Below the pieces are notes generated by a model. It was not told where the DNA came from. It saw only the letters and a list, made by a program, of their open reading frames with translations, and searched no databases. A program made the translations under genes and the position numbers. Shown piece after piece: positions 1 to 13,505 of a DNA stretch of 64,000 bases. Source of the DNA: Lama glama. Its lineage: Eukaryota. How positions within the stretch are numbered: the first letter of the stretch is position 1; each line of letters begins with the position of its first letter. The stretch covers positions 558,001-622,000 of the forward strand of contig CM052816.1 in the NCBI GenBank assembly GCA_028534125.1. Direction: 5' to 3'.

Positions 1-3000
1 GGCCCATGGGTAAAGCACAGATTCCCCTACATGGAAGCAACGTCTCGTATGACGTGGCCCAGCGAGTCCACCAACAATTCCACCATCCACTCGAGCTCCA
101 GCAACGCCCAACAGCTAGAAGCCTCTCCAGGTGTCAAGTTCTCTCCCAACTGCTGGGCCTTTGCACAGGCTGTTTCCTCTGCCTGGAAAACCCTTCTCCA
201 CTCCACTCCCCAGCCCTCACTCTCTGCCCTGATTACCCGCCCCCTTCAGATCTTAATTCAATACCTATCACTCTGCACAACCTCTTCTGCTCACAGCAGG
301 CTGAGTCGTTGCTTCTAGCTCTCTCTCCAGGACTAAGGGCCCCTTCTGTACATCCCATGCCTTGCAACATGCTCACAATACATATCTGATTAGTGAGTTC
401 ATTGGTAAACATGATGTGCAGAACCCGAGATTCCTACTATCCTTCAAATAAGCCTTTTCCAGGCCACCCTTCTGGGACTGCTGGGTTTCACACCAGTTTC
501 AGAAGTCTCTAAAATGATCAGTTGTAATTTCACTGTCTTCATCTCCTTTGTGTAGATGAGGAAACCAAACCTAAAGGAGGCTCAGTGACTTACTCTGTGG
601 TGTAGGTCTGACAACCGGCAGAATCAGGGCAGCAAACCAAGCTGTGTACTGGTTGATGGAGAGCTTGGCTTTGCAACAATTGACTCCAACAGAAGAGGAG
701 AGCCTTGCTGCGGGACGTGATGGGACGAATAATTCAACTCCTTTCCGTCTTGACCTTGAGTAAGTTTTCTGGTTAATCTAGTAGCCCTTGACATTTCCTC
801 ATCGGTAAAATGTGAGGAATAACATGTCTTGTCAATTTTTGCCAAAAATTAGGAAGCATAACTATGAAGAGTTGTTAATCATAAATGGAAAGTACTGAAT
901 TGTTGTAATTTTGCTGCAATGAAACAAGCACTCAATTTGGTGAGACATCGATCACACCAAATTTTGCTTCATTTTACTTGCTATCATTAATTAATGTATT
1001 GCATTAATTGTACATATGATTAATATATTAGTTATATACACACATACACTCAATTTAAATTTATTCAGCCAAAATAAGTGGATTATTATGTTATATTTAT
1101 GCATATTATAAATTGGCACAATGTGGTAATTAGAATAAACCTGTACCCATACTAATTACTGCTAATGAGAACTTATTACACATATATAATATTTTACACA
1201 TACAGAATAATCTTGCAACTCCTCCTTATTCTGTCTTCCAAGTATGAGGTTTAATGGGGTGAGTGACTTGGCCCACGTCATAGAAACAGAGCTAGAGCTG
1301 AGACCTCCCAAGGTTTCTGCTTTAAATTCAGTGCCTTCTCAGCTGAATCATACATATAAAATAAGGGGGGTAATGTCTTGATTATTCTTCAACTCATTTT
1401 TTTGAACATCGGGATTTTGTAAGTAATTATGGTAACACCCAGTGCTAGATCTGAGAACCAGGTGACCACCTGTGAGCTGTGTGAAAGCTTCGTCCTGTGC
1501 AGAAAGCCTCTTGCAAAATGCATCGTCCAGTGCACGCTGCCCTGGTTTCCTGTCATGGGGTGGGAGGGTGGTTCTCTCTGTGTCTTCCTGCCTGGAAATA
1601 AAGGGGGTGTTCGTTTCAATGCTGTGACTGGCAAGATACATGAAACAGCTTTCGACTAATCCGCTGATCTTCTTTTATTTCAGCTAACTGGTGATTTCCC
1701 CAATTCTAAGCCCAACTGCATAGTAAGAAGTCTAGGACAAGGCTCCACCCCTGCGCCTGCAGGGTGGATGGCCCTGGCTCTCTCCACCAGGGACATCCTC
1801 ACGTGTCTGGGCTGGCCACGGTCAACGGTAAAGCTGAGGACTGGCTCCCGGGCAACCCCGCGGACCGTGGCTGATGTCAGACCCTCAAACGGCGATGAAT
1901 GGCAGCACAGTCCACCTGGATCCGAGCTCTCGCTGGTGCCTCAGAATTCCCAGGGTTCTGAGTTGTTCCTGAAGAGCTGGCCGGTAACACCTGTGAGCAA
2001 GGAAGGTGCTCACTTCAGGTAATGCACTGAGTGTTAGCAAGAGGCTGGGAGTCTAGTCAGGGGGCTGGGAGTATGGTGAGAAGAGAGGGAGCATGACCGG
2101 GGCACTGGAACATGGGGAGGAGGCTGGGACACCTTCAGGGCGCTAGGCGTGTGGCCCAGTGGTGGGGACTATGGTCTTTGAAGAGACACGTCTAGGATTC
2201 ACTCTAGGCTCCTCCTCTTGCGGTTTCTGGCATTAGGCAAATTAGTACATCCTTCTAGACCTTAGTTTCTGTCCTGTAAGATGGAGATGTTGATAACAGT
2301 ATCTATCTTGCTGGGTTGTGGTCAGATTTTAATGAGTTTATTTGTAAAGTCCCCCAAAAAAGAGCTTATTTAGGCACACAGGAACTGCCTTGCAAGTGAC
2401 TGTCATGCAAAATAATAATGTTTGCACAGGAAGGGCTATTAATCATTGGCCACCCCCTCATTTAAACACTGAGCTGAGACATATATTTCTCAAGCATTTA
2501 CCAAGTCTACAGCATGTATAAATTACTTACAATTTCATAAAGCATTCAAGACTTTACAAAGCATTTTGGAGGAACAAGAAGAAATGCAAACCGATGTGCC
2601 CAGGCACCGGCACAAACACAGAGCTAGACCCAGCGTGGGGCCACAGGGACATGCAGCAGCTGCTGGCAGTTTCTGATGAGTGGAAAAGAGAACAGAATTT
2701 GACCTGAAGCCGCTGTTTATCAGTGTGTTTCGATACATTTAAAACCACCCCACTCAATACTGGTCAGTCAGACTCTCCTCTCCAAATACACACTCCTCCC
2801 TCCATGTTAGCTTAGCCATAAAACCTTTAATTTGTTTGGACTGTGTATCTTACAATACGAACCACAGTGAAATTGTTTTCTTAACTTTCCTGCACCCAAA
2901 TCATCCATTACGAGTGACATCGCAGTTAATTCAGGTTAAATCGATGTCAGTCATTCCGTGATACACTTGACTCCTGAACATTCATTTGAACACGATCATG

Positions 3001-6000
3001 GACCAGGTGAGATACACTGTTCATATGCATGATTTCATTCAATCTTCCATGTAATCTTCGCAACAACCCTGTGAGAAAGGTCCACTGTTCTCTCCAACTT
3101 GCGGATGAAGAAGCAGAAGTGAGAGAGACAATGGAAACTGCCCAGGACACACAGGCTGTAAAAACTGCAGCAGGGTTTAAACCTCACCTCGCTCCTCCAC
3201 CATCCTCCTAAGCACGCTGCCGAGGGTGGCTTTCTCCCCAGGGGAATTTGGCTCTGCCCCCTGGCACCTGAGCTAATTACCTGCCGGGGCTGGCCTGAGC
3301 CAACACGCTCCGCAGGGAGCCCACAGGGCATCTCCTGTCCACAGCTGCTGTACTTAATCTCCGCTCCTTGGGCTGCAAGAAACACCCTGGATCCAATGTG
3401 AGCTGCCAGTGCCAACCTCATCCGGATTATCAGTTACAAGGCTTTACTCTGCACATAGAAGACCTAATGTCTGACTTGATGAGCTGCGGAAGACAAAGGG
3501 GGATGTAGAAGCATCCGGAATCCCCAGGAGGTGACAAGGATGGACACACGCATGTTGACAAGGTAGCCCACAATGGAGAAAGGAGTCATCATCCAAGGCT
3601 TATGTGGAGGGACACACAAGGGTCATAAATAAGTTGCAATGCCCTATTTGGGGAGATATCTTCAAATTACTTCAGGAGACGCCCCCAGGTGTGGTAAAAC
3701 CCTCCTGGAGAGCTGAGCAGCTGCAGGAGAATTCAGTGAATGGCCACACCCTGCAGCACATAATATTAAGTAATTTCATAGATCATCTGTATTTACATGT
3801 ACACAGTTTCTAATGGCACTAAACCGATCAGCTAGTTGTTAGTTCATAACTAGTCAGAGCAAAATAGTTAAACTCTTTGTGTTACAAATGTAGACGAAAT
3901 CCCTGTTTCCCAGAGATGTGGGGTTTTTTTCTTTCTTTTTTTTGGTTTCTAGGCTTTGGAAAGGAGCTCTAACCAAGCTAAGTTTCAAAAAAAAAAGCAT
4001 CTTAGATTATTCAATACAATATACAATATTTAAAATATTGGCTGCAGACGTACAGATTCAACAGTGAATGTGTAAATTCATGCTTCAGTTTGTAAATTCA
4101 ACATATACTCATGAAGGCCTATTATGAGCCAGGCCAGAGCTGCCTAGAATCCTGTCTCCAGTCACCCTTCCATGAGATGAACCCAGCTCATTTGTTTCCC
4201 TTCACACAATGCTATCGTGCTGGAAAACCATCTTTTGAATCCTTCAGACTTAGAAAGCGGTGCCGATTCCCACATCCAGAGTGGGAAAAGCCATGCTGTC
4301 CATTCTGACGTTGCACCGTCTACCTACCCCCAGTCCGGAGGCCAGCTCCATGGCACTCCTGGCTGAGCTGCAGTAGGACCTCCATTGTGTATGGAGGATG
4401 GAGGCTGAGGAGCTGAAGACAGAGGCCAACTTGGCTTTTGCAAGATCAGTGGGCAGTGCCAGCAGGTACGGTATTCGTTGGGAGAACAAGGAGTAAGCAG
4501 CAGGGGCGTGTGATCAAGCAGTTTACATAACAGGAGACTCTGCTAGGCACCCTGGTCTCCGCCCCATTTCTTTCACTCTCTCTCTGCATGCATAGAAGCT
4601 TTCCATCCTTTTGTGCATCTTTTTATTCAACTGTCCCATAAACTTTGATTGAGCGTCTGCTACCTGCCAGGCACCTTATTGGCACCGAGGAATCAGAAGG
4701 GAACAAATTCTTTGCCCTCAAAGAAGCTACATTGTCATAGGGGAAACAAACAATAGACAAATAAACATGCAAATCATAAGATTGCAGATGGTGACAATGA
4801 GCATGAAGGAATATGAAACAAGGATGAGGAAATAAAGCAAGCCGATGATACACTTTCAACAGAACGGTCAGGCAGACACACCCAGTGAGTGGCATTCAGG
4901 AAAGGGTGGAAGAAAGGGGCACGCCTTCCATCACACGCCCTTACTTGTTATTCTGTGTCGCCATCATGTCTCTCCTCTTTCCCGATTTCCTTCTTATTCT
5001 TCCTCATCCCACCTTCTCTTCCTGGCGTTGTTCTACGCAACTGGGCAGTAATAGGAATCTGAACTATTTTTTGCTCATTGAATAATTATTATACTTCCTG
5101 CAATTTGTTTTAAAAGCAAGACAAGTGCAATAAATGTTCTTATGTGTATTTTAAGGCATAAGCAGTTCAAATATTTTTACACAAACAAAAAGAATTACTC
5201 ATAAAAGTGCTTTGTGTTGTTTATTTATTCCTCATTGTTCTCACAAAAATTGGATTTTTCCTCCCCAGAGTCAATGAGCTCTGTGTCAATTAGACAGATC
5301 ATTTAAAAAATGATGTCAAAAGAAAAATGATAATATTATTTAGAATTTCTAGGAAGAAAAATCTTGTCAGTTGCTGAAGTCTTTTAAGTCTAATTCAACG
5401 TTTCGAAATAGTGGTTCACTAATCTGAGACTAGGGAATGTTAATAAATGTGATTGGAAAAACAAGCTCAGTGTCAAACTATAGAAGGTTCTGGATTCAAA
5501 AGCTAAAGAGATTTATTTTCTAATATAAGAGTTTTCAGTCTTTAATATGCTAATAAGTGCTTCCCAGGGTGACATAGAGTAAACAATGTTTCACCCACCT
5601 GTTTTGCAAAATGTCTTGCAGAATGCTGTCCAGAATATTTGTGTCTGACTTAACTCCTACAGTTACGCCCCTCCAATGTGATCAATGTGATCAAAAACTG
5701 ACGGACTGAAACTCTAACACTGTATCTGTGGGATAGGTAATGGTGGATGAATATAATGCCACATACATTTGGAATCATGTTAATAAAGTATCCACAATGT
5801 AGAGTAAATGATTCTACTCATTCCATGATCATTTCCTAGTGCTAAGATGTATAATTGTGTTGTAAGTTAAAAGATGTTAATGAGACACATGTTTAAGACG
5901 ACACAGAGGGCACAAAAGAATGAGAAACTACTGTTAAGTTTCTATGAATCCATTCCTTCCTGATTTTATATCAAAATAGTTCTTGGCTGTAACTCTTTCT

Positions 6001-6440
6001 CTTAATTTTTTCTTGCCTCATCCACATCCCTAAGGAGGTGCTACAAATGCCAAACACAGAGGAACAATGCTGAAATTTTTGATGTCATGATACAGAAGAT
6101 TATGGAAGGATTGGTTCAATTGGGTGTATTTATTGCATGGGGTAAAGTGATATGACAGAGAAACAGTAAAGAAAGCAAGCCCAGTGTTTCTCAAATTAAC
6201 CTACATTGGTTGCTGTAACATAGGAGTCGTGAAAGCCTGTTTAAGTCCATTTCAAGTCATTCTAGGACAGTCCCAGTGGTTGGAGCCATAGAATTTTCCA
6301 CCCATGACTGATAGAGCGGCTGGCTTATTGATCTGTGCATCCCCTAAGGATAAATCTAGAGTTAGATGGCAAGTCTATGAGCCATAAATGTGCAGAGATT
6401 CCAGATCCCATCAGCGGCTGTGCATTAGAACCCACGCTTT

Positions 6441-6600
6441 GGGCAGGAGGGTATAGCTCAGTGGTAGAGCACGTGCATAGCATGCACAGGGTCCTGGGTT
6501 CAACCCCCAGGATCTACACTGAATCAATGAATGAACGAATCAATCAATCAATAAACCTAATTACCTCCCCTCTGCAAAAGGAGAAAAGAAAAAGAAAAGA
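6441..6600 (+). mobile_element. tRNA-derived SINE (camelid Vic-1 type)
   Basis: GGAGGGTATAGCTCAGTGGTAGAGC A-box, GGGTTCAACCCC B-box, AATAAACCTAATTACCTCCCC tail motif, A-rich end, approximate TSD agaa(c)ccac..ttt. Confidence 0.85.
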
Positions 6601-6982
6601 AACCACTTTGGAAGCAGTCTACATATTCTCTGTAAGTCACACCACCAAGATATATGAGATTTTTCGTACTGACAGGAAATACTTATGGAATTTTAGCAAT
6701 AAGGTACCAAACACTATAGTATAATGTGACCAGATTGATATTCTTCATTAGCATTGCCTATCCTGCCAGATAGACTGCTAAATAATATTTTAAAATAACA
6801 ATCGATACCAAACCATTTATATTTCCCACATTTAAATATATTACAGTACATTTGGATTCACTTCACAAATATTTGATTTTCAGGAACACATTAAAATCCG
6901 TTGTGTATATGTATGGGAAGAGCAGTCTCACTGTCTGTGTTTCTCTCCCATGATTCTCCAGATCAAACCAGCCAACTAAGAC

Positions 6983-7930
6983 ATGCAGCAAGGAAATGGA
7001 TCCTCCACGATGGACTTCATTCTCCTGGGCCTCTTCTTGGACTCCAGGCATCCTGGCCTTCTCGTCACTATCATCCTCTTCATTCTCGGGGTAGCCATCG
7101 CTGGAAACTCAGTCTTGGCCCTACTGATCTGGGGCGATGCCCACCTCCACACCCCCATGTACTTCCTGCTCAGCCAGCTCTCCCTCATGGACCTCACCCT
7201 CATCTCCACCACTGTCCCCAAGATGCTCACTGACTTCTTCTCTGGACATGGATTCATCTCTCACACTGGCTGCGGAGTCCAGATCTTCTTTTACTTGATG
7301 CTAGGAGTGGCTGAATGTGTTCTCTTGACGCTCATGGCGTTTGACCGCTACTTGGCCATCTGCAGCCCCCTCAGATACCCAGTCATCATGACCCCCGGGG
7401 TCTGTTTGCAAATGGCCACGGGTTCCTGGGCTGGAGGGGTGCTCGTCTCCCTCATTCACACAATTTATGCCATGAATTTCTCTACTTGTGACTCCAGGAT
7501 AATCCACCATTTCTTCTGTGAAGTCATGGCCTTTCTGAAGCTCTCCTGTGAGGACACCTCAGCCTACGAGAAGGTGGTGCTGGCATCCGGCATTGTCTTC
7601 CTCCTCATACCTTTTGGTCTCATCCTGACCTCCTACGTCCTCATCTTTCTCACTGTGCTCCCCATGAACTCCCCCGAGGGCAGGGGCAAAGCCCTGGCCA
7701 CCTGCTCTTCCCACCTCAGTGTGGTGAGCCTCTACTTTGGTCCAGCCATGATCACCTACATGACCCCAGGTTCCTCTCTGCCCCTAGACGTGGGCCAGCA
7801 TCTCTTTGTGTTTAATGCAATCATCACCCCCATGCTGAACCCACTCATCTACAGCCTGAGGAACAAGGAGGTGTTGGAGGCTCTGAGGAAGGTTCTATGG
7901 AGAAAGCTGATGTTCAAAGGGAAAAGATGA
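6983..7930 (+). CDS. Olfactory receptor, class II family 2 (OR2T/2V/2Z-like), intact single coding exon, 315 aa
   Basis: OR motifs LHTPMYFLLSQLS, MAFDRYLAICSPLRY, HFFCE..KLSC, KALATCSSHL, PMLNPLIYSLRN; N-terminal NGS sequon; pyrimidine tract plus AG acceptor at 6960-6961 just upstream of the ATG. Confidence 0.96.
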   Translation: MQQGNGSSTMDFILLGLFLDSRHPGLLVTIILFILGVAIAGNSVLALLIWGDAHLHTPMYFLLSQLSLMDLTLISTTVPKMLTDFFSGHGFISHTGCGVQIFFYLMLGVAECVLLTLMAFDRYLAICSPLRYPVIMTPGVCLQMATGSWAGGVLVSLIHTIYAMNFSTCDSRIIHHFFCEVMAFLKLSCEDTSAYEKVVLASGIVFLLIPFGLILTSYVLIFLTVLPMNSPEGRGKALATCSSHLSVVSLYFGPAMITYMTPGSSLPLDVGQHLFVFNAIITPMLNPLIYSLRNKEVLEALRKVLWRKLMFKGKR

Positions 7931-8564
7931 TGCCACTTTTTTAATGCTAGTGCTATTAGGAAAAACTCAACTCTGCATTTCAGTGTGTCAACAACATTCA
8001 ACAAATTACACTGCTTTTCTTTCTGACTTCTAATAATATGAACCATACTACAATGAGGGTGAGGGAGTGGGGTTCTATTTGACAGTTACCCAACCTGACG
8101 AGCATAACATAAATACCCAATTTCCCTAGACCTCATGAGTCAAATTCTTTCAAAAATGGATGCAAGCATGTGTCTTCAACAAGCTGTACATGATTCAAGA
8201 TACCCTGATGCACGACATGGTCCTCATGTGCCTTTCCAACCACGTGTCCTGTGCTGACCATCAACAGTCTGCTCTGTAGCCATATTGGTTTATTCAGCTT
8301 TGGACTTTTCAGATGATTTCATGAGTCATCATTTCTGATCCTCAGCCTGGAATGACTCCTCCCTCTGTGTTCGTCTATGGAAATGCCTCTCTTCCACAGT
8401 CTTGAAACTCTCACTTTGGTTTACCGGCTCCTTTATTATGGATTTCACAGTTTCCCTTTAGCTCTGACTCAGTCTGTTTTTATTCTGCTGTATATTATGG
8501 TTGATTCACACTTTTACTCACACAAATAGCTTGCAAGTTCCTTAGGACTGACTTACTCATCTTT

Positions 8565-8772
8565 TTTATTTTTCACCTTTAACATTTTTTATTGATTTAT
8601 AATCATCTTACAATGTTGTGTCAAATTCCAATGTAGAGCACAATTTTTCAGTTATACATGAACATATATATTCATTGTCACATTGTTTTCTCTGTGAGCT
8701 ACCATAAGATCTTGTGTATATTTCCCTGTGCTGTACAGTATAATCTTGTTTATCTATTCTACAATTTTGAAT
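8565..8772 (-). mobile_element. L1 3' end fragment (young family)
   Basis: T-rich tail followed by the reverse complement of the L1 3'UTR seen at 34080-34270 and 57150-57400. Confidence 0.75.
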
Positions 8773-9354
8773 TACTCATCTTTGAATGGTCTATAGTTTT
8801 CTTGCAATTAACAGTCTCTGAATAAGCATTTGTTGGTCTCCAATGACTTAAATTGTCTTCATGTTGTTTTGAGAATTTTGAGAGCAGAAATTTGATTTTT
8901 CTCAAATATACCAATTAGGACACATACTGGGACCTAACTAATTTTCTAGGTTAGTATGAAACCCAAGTAACTTCATTTACTCAGGTTTGGACAGACTAAG
9001 CACAATATCTTGGTGTATTTTAGTGCTTATAACACAATATAAAATACACTTGTAAATCTATCTACATTCCTATGCATTTGGTTAATCATTTAAATGTTCA
9101 TATCTGATAGGTTTAAGATGTTTATTAAATTGTGTTGGACAATCTTCCAGTGAGGTTAAGTTATTGTTGAGCTAAATGAAAATAGTAAAACATGTAGAGA
9201 CAGATAAAGGAGTTAACAAATTTTGAAGCAGAATCAGGAAATGAGAAAATCTCATCAGAGAAACAATCTACATAAATGATATTAGAATCCATAGCCCAGG
9301 TTACAAGATCTCAGATATGCATCTGACTTTATCTTTTTGTTAAGAACAGATCAA

Positions 9355-9526
9355 TTATTTTCCCTCAACTTTATTGAGGAATAATGGATAAACAATAAAT
9401 AACAATAAATATAATTGTACATATTTAAAGTGTACATCATTATTTGATAGATATATACATTGTGAAATGATTACCAAGACCAAGATAATTAACATTCATC
9501 CCATTAGTTAGCTAAGTCTGTGTGTG

Positions 9527-9559
<33 letters not shown>

Positions 9560-10143
9560 TGAGAATGCATAACATCTAGTCTTAGCAACTTTCAAGTATA
9601 CAAGCAATTCTACATGTTTCAGCTGGGATTCACCATTCTCCACATTCTAGATTGTTTAGTTTCTTACTTTCGTAGTTACTTTATTCATTTACTTCTTTTT
9701 ATTGAAGCATAGTTGACCTATAATGTTGTGTTAGTTGCTGGTATACAGAATACTGATTCAGTTTTATACACACATTGTTTTTCATATTCTTCTTCAAATA
9801 GGTTATTACAAGATATTGAATGTAGTTCCCTGTATATACAGTAGGACCTTGTTGTTCATCTATTTTATATATAATAGTTAGTATCTGATAACCCAAAATT
9901 CCTAGTATGTCCCTCCCCTTCTTTTTCCCTTGGTAACCATAAATTTGTTTCCTATGTCTGTGAGTCTCTTTATGTTTAATAAGTTTATTTCTATCATTTT
10001 TTAAATTCCACATATAAGTGATACCATGTGTGTATTTCTATGTCTCACATCACTTAGTATGATAATCTCTAGGTCCATTCATGTTGTTGCAAATGGCAAT
10101 TGTTCATTCTTTTTCATGGCTGAGTAGTACTCTGTTGTGTGTA

Positions 10144-10197
<54 letters not shown>

Positions 10198-10678
10198 CAT
10201 ACCACATCTTTATCCAACCTGTTGATAGACATTCAGGTTGCATCCATGTAGTGGCTATTATAAATAGTGCTGCTATGCACATTGGGGTGCATGTACCCTT
10301 TTAAATTAGTGTTCACTGGATATATGTCCAGGAGTGAGATTATAGGATCATATGCCCTATGAGAAAAAAAATCTCATACTGTTTTCCATAGTGGCTTTAG
10401 CAAACTACATTCCCATCAACAGTGTCAGAATGTTCCCTTTTCCCCATACCCTCCCCAATATTTATCATTTGTGGATCTTTTAATGAACCATTCTGACCAA
10501 TGTGAAGTGGTACCTCATTGCAGCTTTGATTTGGATTTTTCTGATAATGAGCTACACTGAGCATCTCTTTAGGTGCCTACTGACTCTCTGTGTGTCTTTG
10601 GAGAAATGTCTATTTAGGTTTCCTGCCCATTTTTAATTAGGTTGTTTGCTTTCCGATACTGTGTTGTATGAGCTGTTG
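9355..10678 (-). mobile_element. L1 3' region fragments (ORF2 C-terminus and 3'UTR) with embedded (TG)n microsatellites at ~9519-9559 and ~10136-10198
   Basis: Minus-strand translations resembling L1 3' ends (MCIAALFIIATTW..., MWNLKN...); TG/TA dinucleotide runs. Confidence 0.8.
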
Positions 10679-11131
10679 TCATGAGTGAGTGAACTTGAAG
10701 ACAGATCCATTAGACTGCACAGTCTGATGAACACAAAGAAAAACGAATAAAGAAGAATGAACAGAGACCTGTAGCATATGGTCAGGTGTACAGATATATG
10801 CATATGGGAGTCCTAGGAGAGAAAAGAGAGAGAGGCAGAAAGAAGACTTGAAAAGATAATAGCCAAACACTTTCTCATTCTGATGAGAAACATTAATCAA
10901 CATATCCAAGAAGTTCAATAAACTCCAAGTTGGATAAACTCAAAAAGATCTACACCATAATCATCAAAAGACAACAACAAAGGAAAAGCAAGAAAGAAGC
11001 ACTTCATTATATCACTTCATTATATAAGTATAAGGAACTCTGTATAAGATTAACTGAATTCACATCATAAACAATGAAGGGCAGAAGGCAACAGGATGGC
11101 ATATTCAAAGTGCTAAGAACACTGTGTCTGC

Positions 11132-11280
11132 AGGGAGAATATAGCTCAGAGATAGAGTGCATGCCCAGCATGCATGAGGTCCTGGGTTCAATCCCCAGTA
11201 CCTACAACCAAAAGTAATAAAGAGAGAATTCTAATTATCTCCACCTCCAAAAAATTAAAATAAAGTTTTAAAAAATTTTT
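11132..11280 (+). mobile_element. tRNA-derived SINE (Vic-1 type) inserted in L1
   Basis: gggagaatatagctcagagatagagtgcatgcccagcatgcatgaggtcctgggttcaatcccc followed by an A-rich tail. Confidence 0.8.
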
Positions 11281-13361
11281 GAAAGGATACTATATCCAGC
11301 AAAACTATCTTTCTACAAAGAAGGCAAAATTAAGGGATTCCTGGATAAATTCAAAAACAGAGAGCATGTCACTAGTAGACCTGCCCTATAAGAACTACTA
11401 AAAGGGGTCCTTCAGGCTGAAGTGAAAAGACACTGTATAGTAACCTGAATGTACATGAAAAAATACGAAACATCAGTAAAGGTAATTACATACATAAACA
11501 GCCAGTATAAAGAAATTTTCTGTAACTCTTTTTTTTCTCTTATGCAGTTCATTTAAAAGACAATTGCATAAAGCAATAATTAAAACCTTAGGTTGGACAA
11601 CAATGTAAAAAGATGTATGTATGACAGTAATACACAGAGAAAAGAAACGAAGCTATGTAGAGTAAAAATTTTTATACTGTTGTAAGTCTGCTGACTGTGG
11701 GCCCTGAAAAAGCACAAACCAACTGCAGACCAGATCTACTGCAGTCCAGGGGCAGTCTTGCCCTCCTAGGGGCCTGATGGGAGACATGCCTGTCCATTTC
11801 CCCAGTAGTAGGCTGTCCACTTTGGTCCAGACTGTGGACCCAGCAGCAGGCATATACCTGGTTCAAGGCCAGTTGCTTATAAGACCAGAGACAGTGCCAT
11901 CAGCTGGGGTCCTGACGAGAGAATGTTGAAACCACTCTGTAAAGACTGAAAGAGGTTGTTCCTTCAAACGCACAGACACCAACACAAGGCTACGTGGATC
12001 ACAAAAAAATCAAGTAAGTGTGATTATCACCAAAGGAAACTAAAAAATCTACTAAAGCTCCAGTGACCAACCCTAAAGTATGGAGACCCATGAACTGCTT
12101 GAAAAAGAATGCTCAAAATAATCACCTGAATCACAGTGAACAAGAAAACATACAAACAACTAAACAAGATAAGAAAGACATACATAAACAAAATGAGAGG
12201 TTTAACAAGAAAATAAAAGCCATTGAAATAGAACCAAACAGAAATCCTAGGGCTAAATACAGTGAATGAAGCCAAAAAGTCAACAGAGAGCTTCAGTAGC
12301 AGACTCTATCATGCAGAAGAATCACTGAGGTTGGAGACAGGTCATGTGCAATTAGCTAGTTAGAGGAGAAAAAGAAAAAAAAAAGAATGTAAAACAGTGA
12401 AGAAAGCCTATGGGATTTATATTCACCACTAAGTGAATATATACATATATATGAATATATACATACACATACAAGCACACACACATGATAGAAGTCCCAG
12501 AAGAAAGACAAAGATGTAGAAAGCTTACTTAAGGACATAATGTTTGGAAACTTCAGAAGTCTAAGAAGGGAAATGCACATCTTGATTCATGAAGCCCAAT
12601 ATTCCCCAATAAGTTGAATCCAAAGAGATCCAAACTGAGACACATCATAATTAAACTGTTGAAAGACAAAGAGAAAACTCTGAAATCAGGATCAAAGTAA
12701 CTTGTCACATACCAAGGAGCTTCCCTAAGATTCTCAGATTTCTCAGAAGAAACCTTGCAGACCTGGAGAGAGTAGGATGACATATTCAAAGTACTGCAAG
12801 AACAAAAGTGCCAACCAAGAACACATTACCTGGCAAAACTGTCCTTGAAAAATGAAGAAGAGATAAAGATTTTCCCAAGCAAAAACCGAGGGAATTCATC
12901 ACCACCAGGCATGCCTTACAAGAGTGTTAAAAGGAGCTCTTCAAGTTGAAACAGAAGGACGCTAAACAACATGAAAGCATATGAGAGTATAAATCTCATT
13001 GCTAAAAGGAAACAAAGAATATTAAAATACTGTCAGAATAAAACATAAATAACTTTGGACGTTAGTGTATAAATTAGAAGACAAAGTAGTAAGAACAATT
13101 ATACCAACGAGATGTGTTAATGAAAACATCATGGAAAGAAGTAAAATCTGACATCAGTTATATATAAATTGTGAAGGTAGATTAAAGTGTAGAATACCTA
13201 TGTGATCAAAGTTATCAGCTTTAAATAGATGGCTCTAACTATAAATTGTTCAATGCAAACCCCATGGTAACCCCCCAAAAACCTGTACAGTGGGTATATT
13301 TTAGAAAAAGAAGAAAAGAATCAAAGCGTATCACCACACACACACACAATCATCAAACCAA

Positions 13362-13505
13362 GGGGGAGGGTATAGCTCAAGTGGTGGAGCACATGTTTGG
13401 CATGCATGGGGTCCTGGGTTCAATTCCGAGTACCTCCTCTAAAAACAAATAAAATTAATAGACCTAATTACTTCCCCTCCAACCACCCCCAAAGGAACAA
13501 CAAAA
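13362..13505 (+). mobile_element. tRNA-derived SINE (Vic-1 type) inserted in L1
   Basis: gggggagggtatagctcaagtggtggagcac...gggttcaattcc...acctaattacttcccc; approximate TSD tcatcaaa(c/g)ca. Confidence 0.85.

Noticed and set aside
6..389. Short ORFs at the window start
   Set aside because: Partly overlap L2-like sequence (ggcctttgcacaggctgtttcctctgcctgg); no recognisable product
6441..6512. tRNA-Ala-like sequences (also ~11132 and ~13362)
   Set aside because: SINE heads with A-rich tails and TSDs, lacking an intact acceptor stem
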